From the NCBI GenBank assembly GCA_963739105.1, contig CAVTZI010000045.1, positions 31,638 through 95,637 of the forward strand: 64,000 nucleotides of DNA, in the 5' to 3' direction. Shown piece by piece: positions 1 to 9,854 of the stretch (the stretch's first letter is position 1; each line of letters begins with the position of its first letter). The notes below the pieces were generated by a model. The model was not told the DNA's origin. It ran no database searches and saw only the letters and a program-made list of their open reading frames with translations. The stretch is from an uncultured Bacteroidota bacterium. Its GTDB lineage: Bacteria; Bacteroidota; Bacteroidia; Cytophagales; Cyclobacteriaceae. The position numbers and the translations under genes are program-made.

Positions 1-473
1 TTTTGTGTGATCGCAGAGTCACGTTGAGATACGGTCATAGCAAGCGACTCATTTTCACCGCGCATTTTTTCTACTTCAGTTTGTAGTGCCGCGATTTGTT
101 GCGTGCTCAACTCAAGATCAGCTTTTAACCTCTTGATGGTTGTAGCATACTGTCCCTTAGTAGACTTAACAGATTTTTCAAGGGTGGCGATTTTTGCCTG
201 TGTTTCCTTGATGTGTGTGTTGATGTCTTGCAAACGGCTCTTATAGTCCGCATAAGAAGTTCCTTCAACAACATCTGTTCTTAACAATTGACGATTCGCA
301 TCAATTGAATCAATCAATACACCAATCTCTTGTAGAGTTTGTGCAGTTTGCTGGCTTGCATGAAGTTCAGTTCTTAGTGAATCAACTTGAGTTTGAAGGC
401 GTTGTTTTTCTTTTGTATCGCAGCTCCAAAATGCGCCAGCTATGGCTAATCCAAATACTAATTTCCTAATCAT
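1..473 (-). CDS. Coiled-coil lipoprotein, hypothetical (runs off window start)
   Basis: Read manually: MIRKLVFGLAIAGAFWSCDTKEKQRLQTQVDSLRTEL...; lipobox-like WSC after a hydrophobic stretch, heptad-rich, open to position 1. Confidence 0.8.
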   Translation of the reverse strand, partial: MIRKLVFGLAIAGAFWSCDTKEKQRLQTQVDSLRTELHASQQTAQTLQEIGVLIDSIDANRQLLRTDVVEGTSYADYKSRLQDINTHIKETQAKIATLEKSVKSTKGQYATTIKRLKADLELSTQQIAALQTEVEKMRGENESLAMTVSQRDSAITQ

Positions 474-656
474 AATAGTGAGTTTTAAGTTCTTGAGTAG
501 ACCTTTAGCAAAGCATGGGCAAGAGTTAAAACCAATTATTGCGAACTACTGAAAACCTCGAAAAACGAGAAATAAAGGCATTTATTGCCACGTTGGCTAT
601 AAAAGTTGGAAAAAATCAGGCGGGTATTATGAGGAAAAAGTCAACAAGTTGAGGTG

Positions 657-692
657 CAAAAAAACAAAAAAAGTCAGGCGTTCGCCTGACTT
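657..692 (-). terminator. Rho-independent terminator of the 721-1310 gene
   Basis: Hairpin agtcaggcg-tt-cgcctgact next to an A-run (U-tail on the minus strand). Confidence 0.7.
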
Positions 693-720
693 ATATGATA
701 TACAGAGTATAGAGCCTACG

Positions 721-1310
721 TTACTTATTCGCATTCTTCCGGATAAATCCACCGAGTTCTTTTCCAGCTTTCGCGTATGCTTCCTGAAGACGAACTCCGG
801 TTTCGTAATCAAACCCAATAACATCCCGGCCCAGCACTTTTTTGATGGTTATCTTTGCAACTACTTTGTTTGGATTATTGGCGTCAACGATCCAGGCTTC
901 TGCATCAATGTATGCAGGTTTGACTCTTTTCATGAACATTAAATCCGGGCTCAGTATGTACTGTCTTAAAAATCAATGTGTATTTCGCGTTATCACCTGT
1001 CGTGGACATTGCAGAATGTTTGGAAAATAATTCACGAAACTGAGGCTCAAACCGATCCTGCCTTTCGGACTTCCAATTTTTTTCCCAGGTATCCCCACGG
1101 CCTGGTTCTTTTTCGTTTAGCTCTTTTTTCTTTTGCGCGATGTAGTCATCCTCCTTGTCGAATTTTCCAACGGACATATCGTATTTAAATTCGGTTTTAA
1201 TGGACGTTTGTCCTTTTAATGGACCTAAGCTACCTTCAGCCAACTTGATTTTTTGCGCCAAAACAGAAAGTACACAAGGAAACAAACACAATTGCTAAAA
1301 CATTTTTCAT
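721..1310 (-). CDS. Secreted hypothetical protein (split by indels)
   Basis: ATG at 1310 (MKNVLAI...), ORFs 905-1291 and 721-939 join into one signal-peptide protein. Confidence 0.65.
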
Positions 1311-1537
1311 ACTGCGTTACGAAATTTTGTTTAGTTATGGATTTAAACTAACAGCCTTTGGAAACGTGATTATTCATCAATTTTACCCAGCAAAGGAAAC
1401 GAAAAAACAGGATTTTAAAAGTTTAAGAAACGACAAAATTCTGTCACTCGGCTAAATTATCCTGACCGTTCCATAAACGACATCTTAATGCGTTGATGCG
1501 TTGCTTTTTCTTTCACAAGTGAGAATACTTTTTATTT

Positions 1538-2876
1538 TTGTTAAAAATCATACAATCAATGACGCGCATGGTTAAGTGTTTACTTGTTTTCTTATTTGCC
1601 TGTTCAACATGCTTCGCACAATTCAAGAACATTAAACTGGAGGATGCTTCATCAACGCATCAAAAATGTGAAGCCACCATTACCATAAACAAAAAAAATC
1701 CCAATAATATCATCGCGGCATCTTCGTCGAATAATTTTTATTATACCGTGGATGGAGGCGTGACATGGCAAACGGTGAAGGTCAACTCTCCTGATGGTGC
1801 TGTCGCCAATCCTGTTCTGATATCTGACGACAAGGGTAATATTTATTCCTTCCACTTGTCTGTTCCCACAGCCGAAGGTGCGAAAAATGCAAAAGGCATG
1901 GACCAAATTCTCTGTCACATTTCAGGGGATGGGGGAAAGACTTGGGAAGCCGGTGCACCCATAGGCGTAAATTCAAAACAGCAATATAGACCGCGTGCAA
2001 CTGTTGATTCAAAGGATAACGTATGGGTTGCATGGACGCAGTTCGACGCATTTGGCAGTGATGATGAAAATTGTCAGTCGAATATTTTGTTAAGCAGTTC
2101 CGCCAATGGCAAAAAATGGAGCAAACCGATACAAATTTCACAGACGCCGGGCAACTGTAAGGACGATGACAACTCGGCTGAGGGCGCAATGCCGGCCATC
2201 GGCGTAGATGGTAAAGCTTTTGTAACCTGGAGCAATCAAAACAAAATTTTTCTTGATCGCTCTTTTAGTGGCGGCGGGCTGTGGTTGACAAATGATATTG
2301 CCGTCGGCCAACAGCACGGCGGCTGGGATATGAAAGTTCCAGGTTATGATCGTTGCAATGGAATGCCGGTACTCATGATCAATCAAAGCAAGAGTCCAGC
2401 CCAGGGAACGTCTTTATTTGGTTTGGGCGGATCAGCGCAATGGTGAAAATGATACGGATATTTGGTTCATGCGTTCCACCAATTTTGGGGATAACTGGAC
2501 CAGTCCAATGAAATTGGGTGACGACAAAAACAAGCGACATCAATACTCACCCTGGATGACAATGGATCAAAGTACAGGGTTCATTTACGTTGTCTATTTT
2601 GACCGCGGCAATTATGAAGACAATCAAACCGATGTTTACCTGGCATATTCAACTGACAGTGGAACTTCTTTTAAAAATGTAAAAATCAGTGAAACGCCAT
2701 TTAATCCCTCCGATTCCACGTTGACAGCGAGCTATAGCAGCATTTCTGCTCACAAAGGAGTTATCGTACCGATTTGGACTCGGGTCGACGACGGCCAGGC
2801 CAGCCTTTGGACCTCGATTATTAAGCAAACCGACTTGATCCAGGCGCCTCAACAAGCCCCCAAAAAGAAGAAATAG
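1538..2876 (+). CDS. BNR/Asp-box repeat sialidase-like glycosyl hydrolase (frameshift near 2420)
   Basis: Asp-boxes TVDGGVTW, SGDGGKTW, STNFGDNW, STDSGTSF; signal peptide; two overlapping ORFs. Confidence 0.8.
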
Positions 2877-2958
2877 GGAGATTCGTGCGTTTGGCGCTGA
2901 AAGCCTTGAATAAATCGTGGAATACCAAAACAGGTTATGCATTTTCAGGCCTTTATCC

Positions 2959-2966
2959 TATTTTTG
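2959..2966 (+). promoter_or_regulatory. Bacteroidota -7 promoter element (TAnnTTTG) for ahcY
   Basis: TATTTTTG about 20 nt upstream of the ATG. Confidence 0.55.
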
Positions 2967-2987
2967 CACCTTCAAATAAATTGAAAA

Positions 2988-4295
2988 ATGACAGTTGACA
3001 AAAACTTAACCTTCAAGGTCAAAGACCTTTCCCTCGCTGAGTGGGGACGCAAAGAAATTAAATTGGCTGAAGCAGAAATGCCGGGCCTAATGGCCACACG
3101 TGAGGAGTATGGCAAACAAAAACCTTTAAAGGGTGCACGTATCGCAGGTTGCCTTCACATGACGATTCAAACGGCTGTTCTTATCGAGACGCTGGTTGAA
3201 TTAGGCGCTGAGGTAAGCTGGTCATCTTGTAATATCTTTTCTACACAGGATCATGCCGCCGCGGCTATTGCAGCTGCCGGTATTCCAGTATATGCCTGGA
3301 AGGGCATGAATGAAACAGAATTTGACTGGTGTATAGAACAGACCCTTCATGCATTTAAGGGAGGCAAGGCTTTGAATATGATTTTGGATGACGGTGGAGA
3401 CCTTACCAATATGGTATTGGACCGCTTTCCGGAGTTGGTGGCCGAAATCAAAGGAATTTCAGAAGAAACGACCACGGGCGTTCACCGCTTGATCGAGCGT
3501 ATGAACAATGGCAAACTTCCATTGCCAGCCATTAACATCAATGACTCGGTAACGAAATCGAAGTTTGACAATAAATACGGTTGCAAGGAATCCTGTGTGG
3601 ATGCCATCAGAAGAGCGACAGACGTTATGATTGCGGGTAAGGTCGCCGTTGTAGCGGGATATGGTGATGTTGGAAAGGGTTCAGCGGCGTCTTTGCGTGG
3701 TGCAGGTGCCCGTGTTATTGTAACGGAGATTGATCCGATTTGTGCCCTTCAGGCTGCCATGGATGGTTATGCAGTAAAGAAAATGGATGACGCGGTAAAA
3801 GATGCCGACATCGTTGTTACTGCTACAGGTAACTTTGGGATCGTGGTAGATCGTCATTTCTCAAGCATGAAAGACAAGACCATTGTTTGTAACATAGGTC
3901 ACTTTGATAATGAGATCGATGTTGCATGGTTAACCAAGAACGGTAAAAAAGATACCGTCAAACCGCAGGTCGACATTTATACTTTGAAAAATGGACGGGA
4001 AATAATTCTGTTAGCAGAAGGTCGGTTGGTTAATCTGGGTTGTGCTATGGGTCACCCTTCTTTTGTAATGTCAAACTCGTTTACCAATCAAACGCTGGCG
4101 CAGCTTGAACTTTGGACCAATACAGGTAAATATGAAAACAAAGTTTATATGCTCCCGAAACATTTGGATGAAAAAGTTGCCCGCCTTCACCTCAAGAAAA
4201 TAGGAGTGGAGTTGGAAGAGTTGTCACCTGCACAGGCCAAATACATTGGCGTTGAAACAAAAGGTCCGTTCAAACCGGATTATTACAGGTATTGA
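2988..4295 (+). CDS. ahcY: Adenosylhomocysteinase
   Basis: Motifs [60 protein letters not shown]. Confidence 0.98.
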   Translation: MTVDKNLTFKVKDLSLAEWGRKEIKLAEAEMPGLMATREEYGKQKPLKGARIAGCLHMTIQTAVLIETLVELGAEVSWSSCNIFSTQDHAAAAIAAAGIPVYAWKGMNETEFDWCIEQTLHAFKGGKALNMILDDGGDLTNMVLDRFPELVAEIKGISEETTTGVHRLIERMNNGKLPLPAININDSVTKSKFDNKYGCKESCVDAIRRATDVMIAGKVAVVAGYGDVGKGSAASLRGAGARVIVTEIDPICALQAAMDGYAVKKMDDAVKDADIVVTATGNFGIVVDRHFSSMKDKTIVCNIGHFDNEIDVAWLTKNGKKDTVKPQVDIYTLKNGREIILLAEGRLVNLGCAMGHPSFVMSNSFTNQTLAQLELWTNTGKYENKVYMLPKHLDEKVARLHLKKIGVELEELSPAQAKYIGVETKGPFKPDYYRY

Positions 4296-4313
4296 TATAG
4301 CATTTCTATGATA

Positions 4314-4350
4314 AAAAAAGGCTCAGGAATTCCCTGGGCCTTTTTATTTT
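4314..4350 (+). terminator. Rho-independent terminator after ahcY
   Basis: aggctcagg...cctgggcct hairpin followed by tttttatttt. Confidence 0.75.
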
Positions 4351-4397
4351 GTGGCATCAAGCTTGTTTTTACCTTTACTCAAAATCGAATATCCCCC

Positions 4398-4694
4398 ATG
4401 AAAATACAAGCCATCCTCAGTGTTGTACTGTTGATAATTTTTTCTGCCGGTTCTTCCAAATATCAAGACGAAAATGTTGAGTTTGTTTGTTACAAAACGC
4501 ACAAAGCTTCCAATACATGTCATTATAATTTCATTATTAATGGAGCGAAATACAGGCATGTTGATATCGGTTGTAAATTCAGCAACAAGAAAGATGAGAT
4601 GATAAAAAAAGTAAAGGAAGGAACTGCAGCATTAGCAAAAGACTGGAAGATCGATTGTCCGGAAGCCAAGGAAAAAAAGGATTCCGGGCTTTAA
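4398..4694 (+). CDS. Small secreted hypothetical protein with four Cys
   Basis: Internal ATG MKIQAILSVVLLIIFSAG gives a signal peptide. Confidence 0.65.
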   Translation: MKIQAILSVVLLIIFSAGSSKYQDENVEFVCYKTHKASNTCHYNFIINGAKYRHVDIGCKFSNKKDEMIKKVKEGTAALAKDWKIDCPEAKEKKDSGL

Positions 4695-4701
4695 AATTAA
4701 G

Positions 4702-6033
4702 TCAGTGAATCCCCAAGTCACGTTGAATACCTTCCAATGATTTCCCTTTTGTTTCAGGTAGTACTTTCCACACGAAAATTCCGTGCACAAACATCATAAA
4801 AGTAAATAACAAGAAGGAGTAAAATCCACCATTCTCAGATTCAGCCAACACAGGAAATGTCCAGGAAATAACGGCTGCCATGATCCAATGTGTAAAGCTT
4901 CCTAAGGTCTGCCCTTGTGATCGAACTTTATTCGGGAAAATTTCTGACATAAACACCCAGATCACTGCGCCCTGCGAGAAAGCAAAGAAAGCTATGAATC
5001 CGACGAGGTAGAACATCACGTCATATCCGCCAAAATCCTGGGTGTAAAATGCACGGGCCACCAATCCCAGAAACAAGACCATCCCAAACGAGCCCACGAT
5101 GAGCAGGGTCTTTCGTCCAAACTTGTCAATGACCGAGATCGCTAGCAGTGTAAAAATCATATTGGTAACACCAATCGATACGGCTTGCAACAAAGCTGTG
5201 TCTTTCGCTAAACCTGTCATCTCAAAAATCCGGGGAGCATAATACATGATCGCATTAATACCTGACAACTGATTGAACATGGCCAGCGCGACTACATAAA
5301 GTATAGGCTTGTTGTAACGCCCGTTGAAGACACTTTCCTTGGTCATCCCTTCTTCGTAGTGAAGCGACTCAAGAATGGTTTTTACGGCAGTATTCGGATC
5401 GGACTCGCCAATCTCACCAAATACTTTTTTTGCCTCGTCAATTTGATTGCTTTTAACCAGCCACCGTGGACTTTCCGGTACAAGAAAAACCAATGTGAAG
5501 AAAAGGAATGCCGGAAATGCCTGAACACCAAGCATCCATCGCCAGGCTTCTTCGCCAATACCAAAAAGGAGATAGTTGGAGACAAAAGCGATAAGGATAC
5601 CGCTTACTACGTTGAACTGAAATAATGCCACTAGCCTTCCTCGATTGTGCGCCGGGGAGATTTCAGAAATATACATAGGTCCCACCACCGACGATGCGCC
5701 TACACCAATACCGCCGAGAAAACGAAAGAAAACAAAAAGTTCCCAGGATGAAGTAAGGGCCGTCACCAGAGAGGTAACTAAGTAAAGGAGCCCGATGGCT
5801 TGAAGGACTCTCCGCCTTCCATATTTTTCCGCCGGATACCCTGCTACCAGGGAACCCAGCACTGTTCCGATCAAAGCTGAAGCAACGGTAAAACCATGCG
5901 CAACATCGCCCAACATCCAAAGGTGCTGGATGGATTTCTCAACACCAGAAATGACAGCAGTATCAAAGCCAAAAAGAAAACCGCCCAGGGCGGCTACAAT
6001 GGCATTCCGGAATGGGGCGGCTGATCGTGTCAT
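4702..6033 (-). CDS. Sugar porter family MFS transporter
   Basis: LGGFLFGFDTAVISG, GRR loops, PESPRWL, NQLSGINAIMYY, PETKGKSLE. Confidence 0.95.
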   Translation of the reverse strand: MTRSAAPFRNAIVAALGGFLFGFDTAVISGVEKSIQHLWMLGDVAHGFTVASALIGTVLGSLVAGYPAEKYGRRRVLQAIGLLYLVTSLVTALTSSWELFVFFRFLGGIGVGASSVVGPMYISEISPAHNRGRLVALFQFNVVSGILIAFVSNYLLFGIGEEAWRWMLGVQAFPAFLFFTLVFLVPESPRWLVKSNQIDEAKKVFGEIGESDPNTAVKTILESLHYEEGMTKESVFNGRYNKPILYVVALAMFNQLSGINAIMYYAPRIFEMTGLAKDTALLQAVSIGVTNMIFTLLAISVIDKFGRKTLLIVGSFGMVLFLGLVARAFYTQDFGGYDVMFYLVGFIAFFAFSQGAVIWVFMSEIFPNKVRSQGQTLGSFTHWIMAAVISWTFPVLAESENGGFYSFLLFTFMMFVHGIFVWKVLPETKGKSLEGIQRDLGIH

Positions 6034-6039
6034 TCTTGA

Positions 6040-6130
6040 AGTTTACAGTTTACAGTTGTCAGCTTACAGCTTATGCTCTCAGCTTATGATGCAGCAAACT
6101 GTAAGCTGAAAACTGAAAGCTGATAGCTAA
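6040..6130. repeat. Inverted heptamer-repeat element (unit CAGCTTA / TAAGCTG)
   Basis: Left arm gtttacagtttacagttgtcagcttacagctta..., right arm aaactgtaagctgaaaactgaaagctgatagct. Confidence 0.85.
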
Positions 6131-6161
6131 ACAAGGTAACAAGAAATCTCGCAATCAAAAA

Positions 6162-6689
6162 TTAATGGCCCGCTTGCATTCTCCGCTGAAAGAAAGGTTT
6201 TAAGATGGCGCGGTCAAGCACGATCCACGCTATCGCAAGATTGAGGATGATGATGATATTGACCATAATTTTGCCACTAAATTCAAAAGATGGCAAAGGG
6301 GTTTTGATGATTTGTTTTGGAATCTCGATCTGATTTAAGTCAATGCTGGTATTTGAATTATCATAAAGCCCGCCGGCTAATAAAACGGTGGTAATACCAA
6401 CGGCAACCAAAACGCCTGCCAATAAAAGAACTGAGTTCCATAGGGAAAAACTACGAGGAGCCTGATATAGATTCAGCTTGCTCATGACGGAAGCGGTGAA
6501 ATTTTTGGAGGGCTGCTCAATCATAGTCTCAGCCAATACTGAGTTTACTGAACGAAGCTCCTCATAACGTGCCCGCCATGCAGGAATTTCCTGAAGGTTT
6601 TTTTCAACTTTCTCCTTGTCAGCTTTGGTAAGATTACCATCGAGATAATCCAACAACATTTCCTCTACAGATTCTGATACCTTTCTCAT
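6162..6689 (-). CDS. Putative anti-sigma factor (N-terminal zf-HC2-like region plus TM helices)
   Basis: LLDYLDGNL...; directly downstream of an ECF sigma; two TM segments. Confidence 0.75.
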   Translation of the reverse strand: MRKVSESVEEMLLDYLDGNLTKADKEKVEKNLQEIPAWRARYEELRSVNSVLAETMIEQPSKNFTASVMSKLNLYQAPRSFSLWNSVLLLAGVLVAVGITTVLLAGGLYDNSNTSIDLNQIEIPKQIIKTPLPSFEFSGKIMVNIIIILNLAIAWIVLDRAILKPFFQRRMQAGH

Positions 6690-6693
6690 ATTC

Positions 6694-7252
6694 CTACAAA
6701 GTTAAGGCTTCTTTATTTAATATATTTTTCAGTTCATCCGCCAGGCGCAGTCGCGCCCGGTGAATACGAACCTTTGCAGTATTTGCTTGCATTCCCGTGA
6801 TCTCTGCAATTTCTTCCAGAGAAAATTCTTCCAAATAGAACAAACGTAAGGGCGGTCCGGTCAGCTTCATTAAGTTTCGCCATGGCGAGATTAAGAAATT
6901 TCTTCCGGTCGGTTTTCTCTAACATTCCTTCACCTTCTCCCCGATATTCAACAAATGTATTTTCAAGGCTTTGAAATTGTTGTTTGTTTTTGCGCTTGTA
7001 ACTGATCGCAGTATTAAAAACAATTCGATATAACCAGGTCGAAAATTTCGACTGCTGGTTGAACCCCTTCAAATGATGGTAAGCCTTGATGAAAGCATCC
7101 TGCGTTGCCTCCTCCGCATCTGGCCTGTTCTGAAGGATTTTTTGCGCTATGGTATACGCATAGCTTTTATACTTATCCACCATTTCGGCATATAAGTGTT
7201 GCTCACCGGCCAGAATCCTTTCAATACGTGAATGCTCCGGATCGTTCGTCAT
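6694..7252 (-). CDS. ECF RNA polymerase sigma factor (indel in region 4)
   Basis: DAEEATQDAFIKAY, FSTWLYRIVFN; region 4 (EIAEITG...) in a shifted frame. Confidence 0.9.
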
Positions 7253-7263
7253 GACAGTGCTTG

Positions 7264-7290
7264 GACGCCATCTTTTCCGAGGAAGTTACA
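7264..7290 (-). promoter_or_regulatory. ECF-type promoter of the sigma gene
   Basis: Minus strand TGTAACT-16nt-CGTC just upstream of the sigma ATG. Confidence 0.65.
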
Positions 7291-7353
7291 GCTTTGGGCA
7301 GAAATAGGTTCGAATTCCAGGACGGAATAAATGATCAAATTTTTTAGGGTTTG

Positions 7354-7380
7354 TGTAACCGCGTTCCAAAACGCGGCGTC
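7354..7380 (+). promoter_or_regulatory. ECF-type promoter of the divergent membrane-protein gene
   Basis: TGTAACC-16nt-CGTC, same motif and spacing as the divergent copy. Confidence 0.65.
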
Positions 7381-7412
7381 ATAGCAGCAAATTCAACAAA
7401 AAAAATAAATAT

Positions 7413-7771
7413 ATGGCGCCTGCAATCTTAGGAATATTAATGGTCAATCATAGCAATCATCGGGGCTTACGTGATGGTTATATACCTCCGGAAATATGGA
7501 AATATCGAGCGTATGGCCATGATCGAAAAAGGGCTGGATCCCAAACTCTTCGCCGTGGAAAAGAAAGCCTTTAAATACTTCGTGGTCCCTGAGATTCGCG
7601 TTGCTGCTGATCGGAGCGGGGGTGGGCCTTTTATTGGGACATTTTCTCGATCGTACATATGATATGGAAGAAGTAGCCTATTTCTCCATGCTTTTTATTT
7701 GCGGCGGCGTTGGGTTGGGAACATCTTACCTCATCGAGGAAAGAAAGATGAGACGAGCAGAAAAAAAATGA
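7413..7771 (+). CDS. Small membrane protein, DUF6249-like (split by indels)
   Basis: Fragments ...ERMAMIEKGLDP..., LLLIGAGVG, EEVAYFSMLFICGG; typical divergent partner of Bacteroidota ECF sigmas. Confidence 0.6.
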
Positions 7772-7825
7772 TCACGGGCTACGCCCGACCTGATCACCAA
7801 CAATTTTCCACACTAATTCGAACAG

Positions 7826-7860
7826 CTTTCCGAAAGTTTAAACTTTCGGAAAGTTTTTTT
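7826..7860 (+). repeat. Perfect palindrome (REP-like, may act as terminator)
   Basis: ctttccgaaagttt|aaactttcggaaag followed by a T-run. Confidence 0.7.
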
Positions 7861-7899
7861 TGCGTAGACAAAGAGGCTGATAATAAATCAGCCCTTTTT

Positions 7900-8025
7900 T
7901 GTAGAACGATAATCTCATCTTGTAGAATCGTTCTACAACTTTTTTTCACAAGCAGATTTTTTGATTTTTTAAGTCACTGAAAAACAGAAGTTTAATTGAT
8001 GTGTCCCTGCTGGCACAGCATTGGT
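7900..8025 (+). promoter_or_regulatory. Putative sigma54 promoter with upstream activator sites
   Basis: Palindrome TTGTAGAAtcgTTCTACAA (7920-7938), half-copy at 7900, TGGCAC-agcatt-GGT at 8011-8025; adjacent NtrC-family gene. Confidence 0.5.
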
Positions 8026-8069
8026 CAATTAGAGAAAAAACTAATGTTCAACTAAATTTTTTATTTATC

Positions 8070-8405
8070 ATGAAAAAACTAATGTTTGCCTCTCTAGCTC
8101 TGTTGGGAAGTGTTGCTCTAGCAAACGCTCAAGAAGCTACTCCTCCTCAAGAAAGCAATAAGGCTACTGAAGCTGTTGCTCCTGCACCTGCACCTGCAGC
8201 TGTAGATCAAGACGATAAGACCAAAATCAAATCAGAAGAACTTCCTGAAGCTGTAAAGAAATCACTTGAAGCTCAAGAATATCGTGGATGGTTGATTGAT
8301 GCAGCTTATCACGTAAAATCAACTGATTCTTATGAAGTTCAATTAAAGAATGGAGCTGAAACTAAGACCGTTAAATTTAGCAAGGACGGCAAGGTAGAAG
8401 GCTAA
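8070..8405 (+). CDS. Small secreted protein (PepSY-like/DUF2874-like)
   Basis: Signal peptide MKKLMFASLALLGSVALANA, ELPEAVKKSL, YEVQLK...KFSKDGK. Confidence 0.8.
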   Translation: MKKLMFASLALLGSVALANAQEATPPQESNKATEAVAPAPAPAAVDQDDKTKIKSEELPEAVKKSLEAQEYRGWLIDAAYHVKSTDSYEVQLKNGAETKTVKFSKDGKVEG

Positions 8406-8445
8406 GTCATAAAGCATTCTATTGACTTTTAACAACTTGTAAATC

Positions 8446-8484
8446 AAAAGAGAAAGCTGGGAAATATTCCAGCTTTCTTTTTTA
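8446..8484 (+). terminator. Rho-independent terminator
   Basis: agaaagctgg...ccagctttct followed by a T-run. Confidence 0.7.
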
Positions 8485-8498
8485 TTTTGGCCCCAATT

Positions 8499-9845
8499 AT
8501 GGCGCGCATCTTAGTAATTGAGGACGATTTAACCTTCTCCAGAATTCTTGATGGATTTCTAACGAAAAATGGATTTTCGGTGTCCGTTTGCCACAAAGGG
8601 CTGGACGGCCTGAAAGCTTTTGGTTCAAGCAAAGTTGATCTCGTTCTGCTGGACTATCGCTTGCCCGACATGACGGGAATGGATGTTTTAGCGGATATCA
8701 AGAAAATTTCCCTGCACGTCCCGGTAATCATCATGACGAGCTTTTCTGACATCCGTACTGCTGTCAAAGCCATGAAAATGGGCGCCTATGAGTACATCAC
8801 GAAGCCTGTCAATCCCGATGAATTGCTGATGCTGGTGCAACAGGCCTTGAAAAAGGAAAAAAATGGAGAGCCTGAACGCGCGCCAATGACCAAAAAATTT
8901 GTGGAAGGTACCAGCGCTGGTTCTCGCAAATTATATGAATATGTCCGACTGGTGGCGCCAACGGACATGTCTGTCATCATTGAAGGAGAAAGTGGGACGG
9001 GTAAAGAAAATATTGCAAGGACAATGCATAGACTCAGCCCGAGGTCTAAAGCTCCTTTCGTTGCTGTGGATTGTGGGGCGATTTCCAAGGAATTGGCGGC
9101 CAGCGAACTGTTTGGTCATGCGAAGGGCTCATTCACGGGCGCAATTCAGGATAAAGTAGGGCAGTTTGAAGAGGCCCACAAGGGGACGCTGTTTCTGGAT
9201 GAAGTAGGAAATCTTTCATACGAGGTGCAAGTAAAGCTGCTGAGAGCGATTCAGGAACGGGTCATTCAGCCTGTTGGCAGTAACAAGGAAATCAAGATAG
9301 ACGTGCGCATTGTTACGGCGACCAACGATGATCTTTCAGAGGCTGTCAAAAAAGGACTCTTCCGGGAAGATTTATATCACCGGATAAATGAATTTAAATT
9401 AAATGTCCCGCCAGTCCGTGAACGCCGGGAAGATCTTGAGGAGTTTTTGCATTTTTTCAGAGAATTGGCAAATCAGGAGCTAAACCGTAATGTGCTGGGA
9501 TTTGACCCTCAGGTCGACGAAATTTTTCGCCAATATGAATGGCCTGGAAATCTCCGGGAAATGAAGAATGTGATCAAACGCGCTGTGCTTCTCACCAATG
9601 GAGACTTCATTAAAGTAAGCGCATTGCCAACTGAAATGTTGGATACTGTTAGAAATCCACCTCAAAAAACCGCTGCTGACAATCCGCAGATCTACGATTT
9701 GAAAGCGCTGCAAGAGACGCAGGAAAAGGAAATGATCATCAAAACCCTTCATGAGGTTCGGTTCAATAAATCCAAAGCAGCCCGGATCCTTAACATCGAC
9801 CGGAAAACGCTATATCTGAAAATAGAAAAATACGGGATTGAATAA
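8499..9845 (+). CDS. Sigma54-dependent NtrC-family response regulator
   Basis: REC domain, GESGTGKE, GSFTGA, LFLDEVG, WPGNLRE, C-terminal Fis HTH. Confidence 0.95.
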   Translation: MARILVIEDDLTFSRILDGFLTKNGFSVSVCHKGLDGLKAFGSSKVDLVLLDYRLPDMTGMDVLADIKKISLHVPVIIMTSFSDIRTAVKAMKMGAYEYITKPVNPDELLMLVQQALKKEKNGEPERAPMTKKFVEGTSAGSRKLYEYVRLVAPTDMSVIIEGESGTGKENIARTMHRLSPRSKAPFVAVDCGAISKELAASELFGHAKGSFTGAIQDKVGQFEEAHKGTLFLDEVGNLSYEVQVKLLRAIQERVIQPVGSNKEIKIDVRIVTATNDDLSEAVKKGLFREDLYHRINEFKLNVPPVRERREDLEEFLHFFRELANQELNRNVLGFDPQVDEIFRQYEWPGNLREMKNVIKRAVLLTNGDFIKVSALPTEMLDTVRNPPQKTAADNPQIYDLKALQETQEKEMIIKTLHEVRFNKSKAARILNIDRKTLYLKIEKYGIE

Positions 9846-9854
9846 ATTACTCCC

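Noticed and set aside
2877-2987. SAH/SAM riboswitch upstream of ahcY
   Set aside because: The leader after the -7 element is only ~20 nt and I recognise no aptamer motif; an Rfam cmscan would settle it.
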